Shown one piece after another: positions 50,235 to 62,069 of a stretch of DNA of 64,000 nucleotides; positions within the stretch are counted from its first letter, which is position 1, and each line of letters opens with the position of its first letter. A program made the position numbers and the translations under genes. The notes below the pieces were generated by a model. That model saw only the letters and a list, made by a program, of their open reading frames with translations. It ran no database searches and had not been told where the DNA came from. This stretch comes from Tubiluchus corallicola (Eukaryota > Animalia > Priapulida): the NCBI GenBank assembly GCA_030141605.1, contig JAQGDQ010000009.1, positions 1-64,000 on the forward strand. The letters run 5' to 3'.

Positions 50235-53200
50235 TCAATGTCGGATATTGATCCTTATTTCTTTTTTGGGTGGAACAAAAAAGCCTCTTTTCAGTTCTCT
50301 TTGGACGGTTATTTCCAACACATCTGTGGGATGTGCTACTTTTATGTGTTGTCGGAATGGGGATGGTCTCCTCCACTTTTTCAAGCACACTGGACACTTA
50401 AAACGGTTGAATGGTACTTGCACTGTGTGCATCTGTACATGTACAACCAAGTCAACTGCACTGTTACAAATACTGCCACATATCGAACATCGATACAGGG
50501 TCGTGGAATGCTCTTCCCCTTCGTGTTTCATAAGCAATGTCACGTTTGTAAAATGTTGGTCACAGTGTATGCATGGAAACGTCAAATTTGACATGCACTT
50601 ATCATGAGCAAACTGCATATGCAGCTGTAAGTGTGTTGCACCTTCACAAGCCATGTTACATACTTTGCAGCAAAACTGCTCAGAATGCCGTTTTTCCATG
50701 TGTGCCTTATGAGCCAACTTGGTTGCATACCGTAGACCACATATTGGGCATCTAAACCTGCGCCGTCGCCCTTCGTCACACAAATCACTTGGTGCTCTTG
50801 CAACATCACTGATACTCTCCTGAGAGTGCACTGCTTTATGCACTAACAATGATGATTTGCTTGCATATACTTTAAAGCACATTTCACATGGCCAAGTATG
50901 ATTCTGTTTATCCTTTTGTGATGAATTGTTCATCTTTCCCACCTGCTCTGTGAGGCCTTTTGACACTTTTGATAGAGTATGATTTTTACAATGCAGTTTG
51001 AAAACTTTTTTGTTAAGGAAAGTGCTACAGCACTCATCGCATGCATAGATTGTTTTCGCATTTCTGGCAGAATGCCAGAATAAATCATGCTTTTTAATAG
51101 AAGATATAGTTTGGAAAAACAAGTTACATTTATGGCATTTCTGCTGCCATCTTTCAAAGTACTTATGATGCTGCTTATGCACAAGCTTATTTATGCTCTT
51201 ACGAAAGGTCTTTGAGCATATTGGGCAGCGTTTCTTGCACATTTGCGCATGTCTCACAGCCTTTTCCGGATTCTTAAATTTTTTTAAGCAAGTCTTGCAC
51301 TTATAAAACTGCAGCTTGTAAACTCTGTGTGCAACTCTAAGATGTTCTTTAAGCTTTTCTTTGGTGGAATACTTGCTTTTACAGATATGGCAGGATTGTC
51401 TTAATATCTCTCCCTCAGAACTTGTAGCTTGAATTGTGAGTTTGTCACAAGCCGAAAATAAAGCGGGATACATTTTAGAACTTACTGTCACAATTTGACA
51501 GTATCTGTTGATTATAACGTCTTGATTATCAGTTCCTTGTCTGTCTGTAATTAATTTTTCTTGTTGTTCGGGAACATTGTTTTTTCTCCGCTGCATTAAT
51601 TGCCTCATTCGAGTTGTTGTGCGGCTGTGCACATTCATATGTCCGCCTAATGCAGCTGGAGAGTGAAAAGTTTTTTGACACCATTTACAAGCAAACATAC
51701 GAGTCTTGTCATTTCTACAAGTAATACCTCGTCCAAAAAAGCCTTTTACAGCATGATTCCGTCCTTCAGATTGAGTTGCCTTTTGTGCAGCGGCCAATAA
51801 GTTTTGTGTAGCCGTTGTTTTACCAAATTGTTGCTGTACATGCAAGGAATCCTGCAGACCAATTTGAGACTTACCAAGCAATGCATTGCGTAATTGTTCC
51901 TGCATCTGCATTGAATTATGACATGCTTCCTTCTGTTTGTCGACAGTTTCTCTAAATGCACCATGTGGAGTGGTTTTCAGATAATGATTCTGCGCATGAC
52001 CCGTGGGAGATATGTATGATGGATTACTGATAACTTCTTTGGAAGAAATTGGCAGTGGTTTTGTTAATGAATGGTTAGATTGGGGCCATATCTGCTTCGG
52101 CTGATCAGTAACAGTATTTTGAAAAAAATTATTATGAGAAAGAAGCTGAGTGTCCGAAAGTACCTGTGGTGGTCCTGATGAAGACGGGTTTACTGGCTGA
52201 TATTCAACTGTGCCAGAAGACTGTAAAACGATTTGTGATGGTACATTTGGTGGATTAGGACTTGAATACACTGGTTCTTGTGAAGGCACTGTCTGACTTT
52301 TCAAGTGACTGTGCATAGCTGCTATATGGAAGGCTAATTCTTCAGCTCTTGTAAAACTCAGATCACATTTAGCACACCCAAAGCAACGCAGGTGATGCAC
52401 TTGCAAGATATGTTGTTCTAATGGTTGCTTCTGTGGAAAAACTTGTTTACAGACATGGCATTGGTATATCGGAGGTAAGTTTATTCCATGCCCAGTTATC
52501 AAGTGCTGGCGAATAAATATATCGGAATCGGCTGTAAAAACCAATTGGCATATTTTACATGTGTAAAGATTCATGTCTTGTTTTGTGATATCTTTTTTCT
52601 GCTTTCCTGTTGCATCTGAACTTACTGTAAGTCCCAAAGCTTGATGGGGAACTGCACTTTGGTTTGGCAATCTTGGCATGATTTGAGGAAAAGCTAAAGT
52701 TCTTGGAGACCCAGGAAGAAGTGCATTTTCAGTTACTACGCCCAAAGCATGCTGTGGAAATGCCGTTGGCTGAAGACTGCTTGGCTGATGAGACCGCCAA
52801 AACATATTAGGCGGCTGAAAGGAGCCTGGAGGTCGTATATGGTCTGTTACCCTGTGAGTAATTGATACACCATGTTGAGCTTTTAAGTGTACTGTCATTT
52901 CAGCTTCGCTGGAAAATTTCATCTCGCAAATTGGACAGTCAGAAGGATTCATATCTCCAGCTAATGGCTGTTTTCCACCATTATTAGCAGGAAAACTGTG
53001 CACACTGTGTGTGTGTTTAATCATATTGTGCATTTGTTTCATATGATATTCCATATTAGAATCATTGGGACACTGCAAAGAACAAATTGGACAAGTTAAG
53101 AACTGTGATGGTAACTGAGGCACTGCCACGTTAGCATTTTTTGAAGGAGCTTTAGGCAGTATTGGCATGGTTTTTTTGGGTTCCAAATCTTGGTGCTTTA

Positions 53201-54662
53201 TACTGGATGACACAGTTTGCAAATTCAAGCAAATATGATTGGACAAATCATTTTGATTCTCGAATTTTATACTACATTGGATACATCTTAGGTTTGTAAT
53301 TTCATCAGACAATACTGGGTTTGATGGGAGAACTGAGTAAACCGAATCCACCACAGGCAGTGATGCCGTACTAATATCCCTTTCTTTTGATTTGCTTGTG
53401 TCTGATATATTAAAAGAGTTTTTAGTAGGCAAATTAGCAACTATTCTGTGAACATCTATAGCCAATCCAGGACTTATTGGTGGAATCTTTGGTTCGTAGT
53501 TTTTCTTTTCAATATGAACATCAACTGCATCAAATTGTGAACCGTTAGCAGAAACAGGAATTGAGTTACCTGCCACAGGTAATGAATCTGCCATCGTAAC
53601 GTCACTGAAATCATAATCAATTTGCTCAGTTTTTACGCTCACTTGTTCATGCTGTTCCAAAACAGGTTTGCCTTCTTCCTGCAATGTTTCTTGTGAGTTT
53701 ATAATGTTCTGCTTATAACCTGAAGACCTTTGATCATGACTGGCATTGTGAAAATATTGATCATTACTACTGCCAGAAGAGTGCAGACTATAAGCATCAA
53801 TAGTTTTACCAGCAAAATTTTGGTTACTCTTGTCATCACAGGGACCCTTGTGATCACCATCACTGGGAAATGTTTGACCATCATTGTCATTTGGAAACGC
53901 TTGATCGTATTCATTATCGTAATGATAATCATTGTCGTCAAAGTCATCAGGAAACTGCCGATCATCAACGTCATTAGGATACTGGTGATTATCATCACTG
54001 AAGATTTTAGTAAAATTTGGACTGTCACATCTTGTGAGCTTAACGTAACACTCTGTGGTCCTGCATTCCATACTGATGTTGTTAGCAAGTTTATCAAGAC
54101 ATTCACTACTTTCCGACTGTTCACTTAAGTCAGTGCTGGATGTATTCAAGAAGGTTTCAAAACCCGAATTATGTCTTCGAATTTTTAGTTTAATTGATTT
54201 TTTCTTTTCATTAGAGTTGTGATCCACTGTAGACTCATAATCAGTAGCTGGAGTTGATGTATATTCTTGTTTTATGTGTGGCAAGAACTCTAATTCTGCA
54301 CTGAGTGCAGGCCTTTGCTGTACCTGTGTTGGAAACACGCCTTCTCTTTCTTTAACAATACTTTCAGACTCCCGTAAAATACGAACCTTGTGATCACGAA
54401 CGTGTGCTTTGTAGGAAGATCTTGATATATATGTTCGAATGCAAAATGGGCATTTCAAAGGTTTTCCAGTGTGTGTGTATTCATGTATTTTTAAGTCACT
54501 GTCGTCAGCGCATATAAATCCGCAAATACTACATCGAAGTATTGGCTCAGCGCTGCAGTGTTCACTGTATTCATGTTCTATTATGCCTTTAACAGTGGAA
54601 AATTCCTCTTTACAGTACACACATGGAAATGAGGCTGTATGTGTTGACAGTGATGCAGACAT
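50235..54662 (-). CDS. Multi-C2H2 zinc finger protein, 1475 aa, single coding exon
   Basis: Uninterrupted 4428-nt ORF with about 21 CxxC...HxxxH/C motifs in clusters separated by acidic and P/Q/S-rich linkers; in-frame stops lie just upstream of the ATG; a splice acceptor (gtatttttcag, minus strand) at 54721-54722 implies a 5' UTR intron. No orthologue recognised. Confidence 0.92.
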   Translation of the reverse strand: MSASLSTHTASFPCVYCKEEFSTVKGIIEHEYSEHCSAEPILRCSICGFICADDSDLKIHEYTHTGKPLKCPFCIRTYISRSSYKAHVRDHKVRILRESESIVKEREGVFPTQVQQRPALSAELEFLPHIKQEYTSTPATDYESTVDHNSNEKKKSIKLKIRRHNSGFETFLNTSSTDLSEQSESSECLDKLANNISMECRTTECYVKLTRCDSPNFTKIFSDDNHQYPNDVDDRQFPDDFDDNDYHYDNEYDQAFPNDNDGQTFPSDGDHKGPCDDKSNQNFAGKTIDAYSLHSSGSSNDQYFHNASHDQRSSGYKQNIINSQETLQEEGKPVLEQHEQVSVKTEQIDYDFSDVTMADSLPVAGNSIPVSANGSQFDAVDVHIEKKNYEPKIPPISPGLAIDVHRIVANLPTKNSFNISDTSKSKERDISTASLPVVDSVYSVLPSNPVLSDEITNLRCIQCSIKFENQNDLSNHICLNLQTVSSSIKHQDLEPKKTMPILPKAPSKNANVAVPQLPSQFLTCPICSLQCPNDSNMEYHMKQMHNMIKHTHSVHSFPANNGGKQPLAGDMNPSDCPICEMKFSSEAEMTVHLKAQHGVSITHRVTDHIRPPGSFQPPNMFWRSHQPSSLQPTAFPQHALGVVTENALLPGSPRTLAFPQIMPRLPNQSAVPHQALGLTVSSDATGKQKKDITKQDMNLYTCKICQLVFTADSDIFIRQHLITGHGINLPPIYQCHVCKQVFPQKQPLEQHILQVHHLRCFGCAKCDLSFTRAEELAFHIAAMHSHLKSQTVPSQEPVYSSPNPPNVPSQIVLQSSGTVEYQPVNPSSSGPPQVLSDTQLLSHNNFFQNTVTDQPKQIWPQSNHSLTKPLPISSKEVISNPSYISPTGHAQNHYLKTTPHGAFRETVDKQKEACHNSMQMQEQLRNALLGKSQIGLQDSLHVQQQFGKTTATQNLLAAAQKATQSEGRNHAVKGFFGRGITCRNDKTRMFACKWCQKTFHSPAALGGHMNVHSRTTTRMRQLMQRRKNNVPEQQEKLITDRQGTDNQDVIINRYCQIVTVSSKMYPALFSACDKLTIQATSSEGEILRQSCHICKSKYSTKEKLKEHLRVAHRVYKLQFYKCKTCLKKFKNPEKAVRHAQMCKKRCPICSKTFRKSINKLVHKQHHKYFERWQQKCHKCNLFFQTISSIKKHDLFWHSARNAKTIYACDECCSTFLNKKVFKLHCKNHTLSKVSKGLTEQVGKMNNSSQKDKQNHTWPCEMCFKVYASKSSLLVHKAVHSQESISDVARAPSDLCDEGRRRRFRCPICGLRYATKLAHKAHMEKRHSEQFCCKVCNMACEGATHLQLHMQFAHDKCMSNLTFPCIHCDQHFTNVTLLMKHEGEEHSTTLYRCSICGSICNSAVDLVVHVQMHTVQVPFNRFKCPVCLKKWRRPSPFRQHIKVAHPTDVLEITVQRELKRGFFVPPKKEIRINIRH

Positions 54663-55282
54663 TGTCTAGTTGTCAACAGAATCCTGACTTTACTGTTTAA
54701 TGTTGTAATGTCCCATTGGCCTGAAAAATACAACACTTTTTAATAAAGTGACAAAAGACTCACATTTCTTCCAAGAAATAGTTTATTTCTGTACTTAAAT
54801 AATCGGGCTCTTGAAAAGACTTTGGTATTAAAGCCGCTGCAATACGGAGTTGGGACTAAGTCAAAATGTTGTCTTTGATTTACAAGTAGGAGTATATAAA
54901 GTAGAAAGCTTTTTTTTCCTATTAATTTGTTCAAATTCATTCAGAGTTTTTAGTCATTCAGTGAGTCAGGGACTTTTTATAAAAACTTATTCTATCCTAT
55001 TGTGAATGTAAGAAACAATTTACGCCAAGTTTTCTCATCGTATAGAGTTCTTATATTCTTAATTATATTGTACTAAACCTTAAAAGCTAACTAGCAACTT
55101 TAGTTAACATATATTTAGTTCATTTTATGCAATGCCAATTTTATTTTAGGGAATGTTTGAATTTGAATTTGACTGGTCAGTTGGTTGGTTGGATGGATGG
55201 ACAGATCACTAGGTAGGAAGATAAATAGATAGACAGACAAATTGAGCAATAAATAGGTAGATGGACTGGCGGGGAGGGAGGA

Positions 55283-55286
<4 letters not shown>

Positions 55287-55318
<32 letters not shown>
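55287..55318. repeat. (GA)n microsatellite within a purine-rich tract
   Basis: About 16 GA units seen directly. Confidence 0.92.
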
Positions 55319-55322
<4 letters not shown>

Positions 55323-55614
55323 GAGGGGGAGGGAGGGAGAGACAGAGACAGAAGACAGAGAGAGATTCAACCCTTAGTGTCTTCTATGTCTCGTTTTTAC
55401 AGGGTAACACCAGTTATAGGTATTTTATGAAGCACGACATGCACAATTGTATTTACGCAAGCTCTAATCCTCGGGCAAAATTACGAACAAATCTAAGAAA
55501 ATTTTAATGAAAATTGCTTTCATGAATCCGTGCGTAAAGCTAAGAAAATTCTTACACACAAACAAGTTGATTAAAAAAATTGTTCATAAGAACTACAATG
55601 AATGTGGGCCCCAG

Positions 55615-56496
55615 CAGGGCCGGTTCTAGGTAGTTTGAATCTCTAGCCAAAAATATTCTTAGCGCCCGTTCCTCAACCAGCAACCCTTTCTTCATGGTCC
55701 CCATGCACCCCACTCACCAAATTTAATTTTTGTTGTATTTTTTGTTGTGTATAATAATTATAGTGGTAACTGTAAGTTGTTAAGCATACACATGCATTTT
55801 AGAATACTAATTAACTGTATTTGATTACCTATCCAGTGTCATTTCATTCGAAACTGAATTTTATCTGTTATCTGGTCTTCATGACAATTACATATATGTA
55901 TATATACTGCTGCACATATTTTCACTCAGCATTTTCATCCATAAATCTTTCAAACAGCAATTTCTCTTTTTACATCCATTTCAAGAGTTTCGTCATTTTC
56001 ATAACCATAACTGTACCTCAGTTGCAAATATGTCATTACCGAATCTGTTAGCCGTTTACTGACAGCCAGCTTTTTTAGCTTTCATTTCCTGTATTATGCT
56101 TCTGAAGACTTCAATTCCTATAGGTTTACCTGGCATAATTAGATAAATACCAAGAGACTTTTTTTAAATGAAGGTGTCGTTGCTTTCTCTATTGCTTTTA
56201 TGCACACAAGATAAACTGCGGACAAACGCTGTAAAACCCTTCAATAATATTTACACCAAGTGAAATAATCTTAGGAAGCTAGATAAAGCAAAAGTAGAAA
56301 GTGTTTACTGAGGGAAGAGAGCTTTTGAGTTAGCGTGGATGCAAGTAGTTCCTTTAGTTAATGTGCTGCGCAAAAGTAATTACACATACACTATGTTATT
56401 ACTTATATTAAAGCTAAACTTGAAAATTAAATAGTAATTCCAGAATTTGGCACCCTGGGCAAATGCCTAGTTTGCCTAGAAGTAGAACCGGCCCTG
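55615..56496. mobile_element. hAT-like MITE
   Basis: Perfect 14-bp TIRs CAGGGCCGGTTCTA / TAGAACCGGCCCTG; 8-bp flanks GGCCCCAG / GGACCCAG (7/8). Confidence 0.88.
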
Positions 56497-57726
56497 GGAC
56501 CCAGACTTCCTAGATATAGAAAATGATCCACCTGATTAGGCGGCATGTCAGAAATGGGGACGTTGCATTCACCGCCAACAAAACAAACATATTCAGTAAA
56601 TTACCTGACTTGCTTGTTTAATTTAATAAAGTATAAAATATCTAAGAAAAATTCAATTCAACATAAATCTTATTCAATTACACATTGCCAAAGTCACTTT
56701 ACGCATTTTGTATAAATCCTAGTCATTATATAAAACGTCTGGGTAAAATGTGAAAGAGTCGCATCATAAAGATTTATTTCACGCTTTTCACTAAATGCAC
56801 AAGTGTGATATGAAATGCCCAGGAATTTTATAAAAATGTCTAAATTTTCCACATTGCCTATAACATTTACATCATAGTATTATAATATGTAGGCCTGCTG
56901 GTGGCCGCCCGCATATATTACTATCATATATCATGCAGTATATACATGATACCTAGTGTCACTAAGCTTTCTTGCCATTGGTTACATGACTGTCTGCCTT
57001 AGACTACAGATTTCAGTGTCTGTACTTCATAAATGGTTTATTTCTAGCACAAGCATTTAACAACCAAACGTATTCGTCACAGGGAAAGAAAAATGTAACT
57101 CTACACGTTTAAGAAGCCAATAATGGGCCAAGGTATTGCTTCATTTCTACAGGCGTGTGTAGATTTGTAAACTACAGCTGGTCATACAAATGGAAACTAT
57201 AACCCACAGCGGGGACAGATCATTTGGGCGCGGCCGTTTGGGAGCCAGGTACTTGGGTTCGACACATTTAAATTGGGTGCCAGCGCCGACGCACACTGCA
57301 TTGCTACTACATGTAGTTCGTCGTTACTACACTGCATACAGCATCAAGTAAAAACACACATTTAGTGGCTGTGTTACCAAGCCTAGTAGCTACCCAGTAC
57401 CCAAAATTATGCCAATCCTCGTTCATTCCCGATTACCTAAAGCTTTTAGAACTTTTGAAGTTTACTTTCTGGTTTGCTAGTTTACGTAATTGAAGCTGGA
57501 AAAATTAACATGTATAAGATCATTGCGGCGAACGCAATATGCATGATTTACGAATTTCACAAGAAACAGACAAAGGTTTACAATTACTGTTAATCTCGAT
57601 ATTGTACTCGTACATGAAACATTTGCTCATTAATTGTCTGATCGTTTTCTAGTTGGCATCTAGCATAATCAATTAAAAACGCGTTCTACTTTATTTTTTC
57701 GTAAGTTAGCGTTCAGTGAGCACGCA

Positions 57727-58528
57727 CATGGGCGCCGGCAGGCGGACGCACGTGCGTTTACAGAATTTCTTAAATTTTTTCATGAGCAGTAAACCAAGAA
57801 ACACACCAACCCCTTGTTTGCATCCACAATCCCCGAGCAGTCAGCTGATTTTCATAGTGAAGTTATGTTTATGTATATCAGTTACATAGTGTCGATTCTC
57901 TTACCGATTTCTGTTTTCTAGACAGTTTTTAGCTAACTGTAACTGCACTTCTGCATTTAAGGGGTGGGACCTGGGGCCCCCTTTCACGGTAGTAGTGAAA
58001 TTATGAGTCACGAGTTTGAGGTTAGCTTACCTGAGGAAATAGCTTCTAACAACCGCAAAATGGTCCATAATGCAGAAAAACTGCATTTAGCTGTTCCCAG
58101 TGGGAAAAATTAGCACGCACGCAAACACGTTAAATTTTGTATGAACAGTGGGTGGGCTGTAAACTTAAGTCTCAAATCAATTTTATGTTTGACTATCCAC
58201 ATTTTGCTGGATAGATAATCTTGACACTAAATAAATTAAGCTTAAGTAATGGGTCATCCGCATTGCAGTGTATTACGGACTTGCTTTTAAGATATATGAC
58301 TACTACAATAGAATATAATGAATATTACCTATGTAAATGTAGGTAAAATGTATTTATTAAAGTGGATTTTTCACGTTTCAGGAAGTCTATGTATCAGAAT
58401 TTAGATCTCATTTGAGGGCTCCAAAATGTGCTTAAATACAGGAGAATGCGTTGGTGGCCGGGACTCTGCCCCCCGAACCTCCTTGGCTACTTGTGCGTCA
58501 ATTTTTTTAACCTATGGCGGCGCTCATG
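57727..58528. mobile_element. Older hAT-like MITE
   Basis: TIRs CATGGGCGCCG / CGGCGCTCATG; 8-bp flanks AGCACGCA / AATACACA (5/8); GC-rich subterminal patches. Confidence 0.55.
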
Positions 58529-60618
58529 AATACACACAGTAGTATTATCATTATAATTAGGCTAGCTGGTTTGCTGCATTGACGCTGTAAAGGTGTACTA
58601 AATATTGCTTATTAAAGTACTTTCTGGTTCGTTTATTTTATAAACAAACACATTATGTAGCAAAACCAAAAAGTGCAGAGTCAGTTGACTGGATTTAACT
58701 GTTGTGTACCTGCATATGTTAAGTTTAATAATGCGATTTAAAAATATTGTGAGGGCAGACAAAAATAACAAAATCAAGTATAACGTTAAATTTTGTTGGT
58801 ACCCAACTGTCACATAGCCCCTACAACGGCACTGGCTAGCTGGGATTCAGTGATAAGAATGAGTTTGTCAGGCATGTAAGTAGTTTTAAAGAAACTAATT
58901 TAATTTGTAGGCTTATTTTAAAAAAAGTGACAAGCACTCCAGGCAGAAAAGTTACAATTACATGTATTAATACAGAAAAACTGACAGTATACAGTATATT
59001 TTGAGCCGTTTTACATATAACATGAATATTTATGCTAGTATATGTTCAGTGTTAAATTAAAATCAGCGAAAGCGTATTTTAAGTTCACAAAGAGGTACAG
59101 AAATTTCGTCGCGACATTGCAGCAACTTCGTTATACACAAACAGCTCTGGCGACGTTTACCAGACACACATCCGGCATGCGTTATTGCGTATTCAACTTC
59201 GTATAAACAGTCAAATAGGAATAGTTGCAGAATAAATAACGCAGATCTGATGAACGGATGCATTGAAAACAAGTGTCGGTTAAAACTACGGTTTCCATAG
59301 TTACGGTTGTTATACACGTAGACGTAGTTAATAAGCCATATCACATGTAGAGCAAGAGCTCACAATGTATAATAACACTGTCATTTGTTAAGGTACCAGT
59401 ACAATCGCACTGTGACAGCTCACACGAGACAGTTTGATAGCTTGTTATTCGGGACTACTCCCTGATTAAACGGAGCTTCATTAACGCCAAGGAGTCAATT
59501 CCATTAGCGACGACAAAAAACCGGTTTAGTTAGTATACAGACATTCATTTTTGTGCCAAAACGTAATAATTAGCCTACTTATCAGACAAACTGTATTATT
59601 TAAATTTACATGAAAGCAATAAACTGTAACAAAGGTAATAAACTTTGCATATTATAAGACGAAAGTAGTTTTGATATAGCTCTATTACTCCATCAATATG
59701 ATAATACACGAGTAATAGTACTGTACTTGCACATGCTGTACCTAAGGTGAATCCAACCTTGTACAGCAGCCACATGTATACGCTTTGCAACACAAATCAA
59801 TTGCGAGCCGACCTACTTACAACTTCGCAGCATAATTATTCCTGAAAGCTTCAAAACTGCGTTGTAACATAATTCTTCAAGATCGACGTTCTAATTTTAT
59901 ACCACTGAGCTAGACAGATATACATCCAAGAAAAACATACAGTATAACACACGTAAGTGCTCACCTGTACTTTGTCCTGTACCTGTACAGTAGAAAACAT
60001 CTGACAGTACTGTAATTGCTTTTGTATATGCAGTAACTAACTAAACTGGTTTTCTTTCCTTCGTGCTGTAGACGTGCTAGCGAAATTTACCCTTCGCTTA
60101 ACTCAGACTTAATTATTCATCGCTATGACCGAAAACCGTATACCTGAAAGCCTACCTTCATTGAACAGTGTTCGGTGGCCTGAAACGGCCGTCGTTCCAA
60201 GCGGTTGATCGATACTGTACGTATGACGAGGCAGCATAGTGAGCACACGCTTCACTGCTTTTTACTAACACGAACAGGTTTTTCATTCACCTGTACACGT
60301 TTTGTGTAACTAGACGCTGAGCTTAGGTAACAGCTGAACAGGTTTTTAGTCAAAATACTTATAAAAGCAAGATTGATGCTCACGTAATTTTTTGTTCAAC
60401 ATGCTGTAGGCCTACTGTACAGCATTACGAGTGACGTTCGTTAAATAGGCCCGATGGCCTACTGCACGGAAGCTTAGTTTACTACTAGCGTTTGTAAGAG
60501 AGCGATGCAAACACATCCCTAATAATTCCTTCTAAGTGTCTCAAATTAAAACAACTTAGCGATGTATAGCTATTCTACCTTGGTGGAAGTGATTTGAGCC
60601 ATTCAGCAGCAGTGACGG

Positions 60619-61358
60619 GTCTACGCGGTAAAAATGGCACAAGAAAAAAGGACACTAATGCAAAATTTTGTGCGGAAGCGAGGTGGGCAGGGGACAAGAA
60701 AGATGCATTTCGACGCATACTCCTAAACATGGGGGGGGGGGTGAAAATTGCCAGAATGGCACTTATTTTTCCGATCTTTTTTTCTCACAAAATTTGAACA
60801 AACATCACATACAAAAAACATCCGTGGAGGTCTCAACGGGAGTGCTAATAATGCTCTTCGGAAAGAAGAGGAGTTGCCTACAAGTTAGCGTAATTCTTTT
60901 TTATTATCTCCACCAGAACAAACCCCTACAAATCAGGTTCCGGGGCCATTTTGAAAAAGTTAAGCTATGTAGCGCTGTCTATAAACTTTGCTTATACATG
61001 TTTATAGCCTTATAAACTGACTTAGTATGTAAATATGTATGCTTGTAATGCAGCCTATAATCATCGCCAAATGGTTAAAGAAATGTAGGCAGACACTATG
61101 TGGAATATTCGTGTATTATTGACGATGGTTCTATTTAAAGAACAAAATATTTTATGAGCCTGTGGTAGTCTATATTATAGTTACACACATATTTTTTGCT
61201 TATTTAACTTTCTTTTACGTTTATTCCTACCAAAAGAATCAGCCAGACATTCATTCTAGTTTTATTATAGAAATTATTCTCTTCAAAATAACATTATATG
61301 TCATTTTACCTACTTTTCTATTTGTGCCATTTTACCTGTGTCATTTTTACCTACATTC
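60619..61358. mobile_element. Unclassified MITE with subterminal GGTAAAAATGGCAC repeats
   Basis: GGTAAAAATGGCACA at left, inverted tandem TGTGCCATTTTACC/TGTGTCATTTTTACC at right; GTGACGG flanks both sides (60612-60618, 61359-61365). Confidence 0.65.
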
Positions 61359-62069
61359 GTGACGGAGCAACAAACTTGAAAATGAACGAGGTCTAACTTC
61401 GGGAAGTATTTAAAGAAACTGCCAGAATCCATTGTATATCCCAAGTCATCGCCGCACTTCCCTAAAGCGGCGTTTACCTGAAAGACATTTGGATTGAGGT
61501 ATGTATTGTTACGTAAAAATCACTTTGTTTCGTTTTCAATGAACTCGTTTATCAGACCTATGTTATTGCGTTATTCTTTTTCTGCAGCTGTTGCTTTGGG
61601 TTGTTTATACGCAGCTGGGTTTGCGCTGTGCAAATAGCGCATAACGTATGCCTGATGAACAGGGGGTGGTCAAAGGACCACCGGAATAAAGAACCACAGG
61701 TCAAGGCACCACCAGTCAAATCACATTTTTCAACACTTCAGTAGTCAAAGGACCACCCATCAGGAATGGACTGAGGATCAACGGTCAAACAACCACCATG
61801 CAGTGGATGTATGGACTACAACTTTAGTGAAATTGCTACTTTGACTAATATATTATTAATCAAATAATTAAGCTGTCTTTGTCAGACCCAGGGAAACCAG
61901 CGTATAAACCTACACGCCACATAATTATGCAGCCTTTTAAAATAGTTATGAATGATATTAATAAACAACAATTATGTCTGATACGTCATATAATTACTGT
62001 GCCGTTATTACAGTATTTTAGTGGCATATTAAACGCATTACAGTGTTATGACATTATTTAATAGTAACA

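Noticed and set aside
50128-54669. Several overlapping ORFs on both strands
   Set aside because: Alternative-frame shadows of the 1475-aa zinc-finger ORF.
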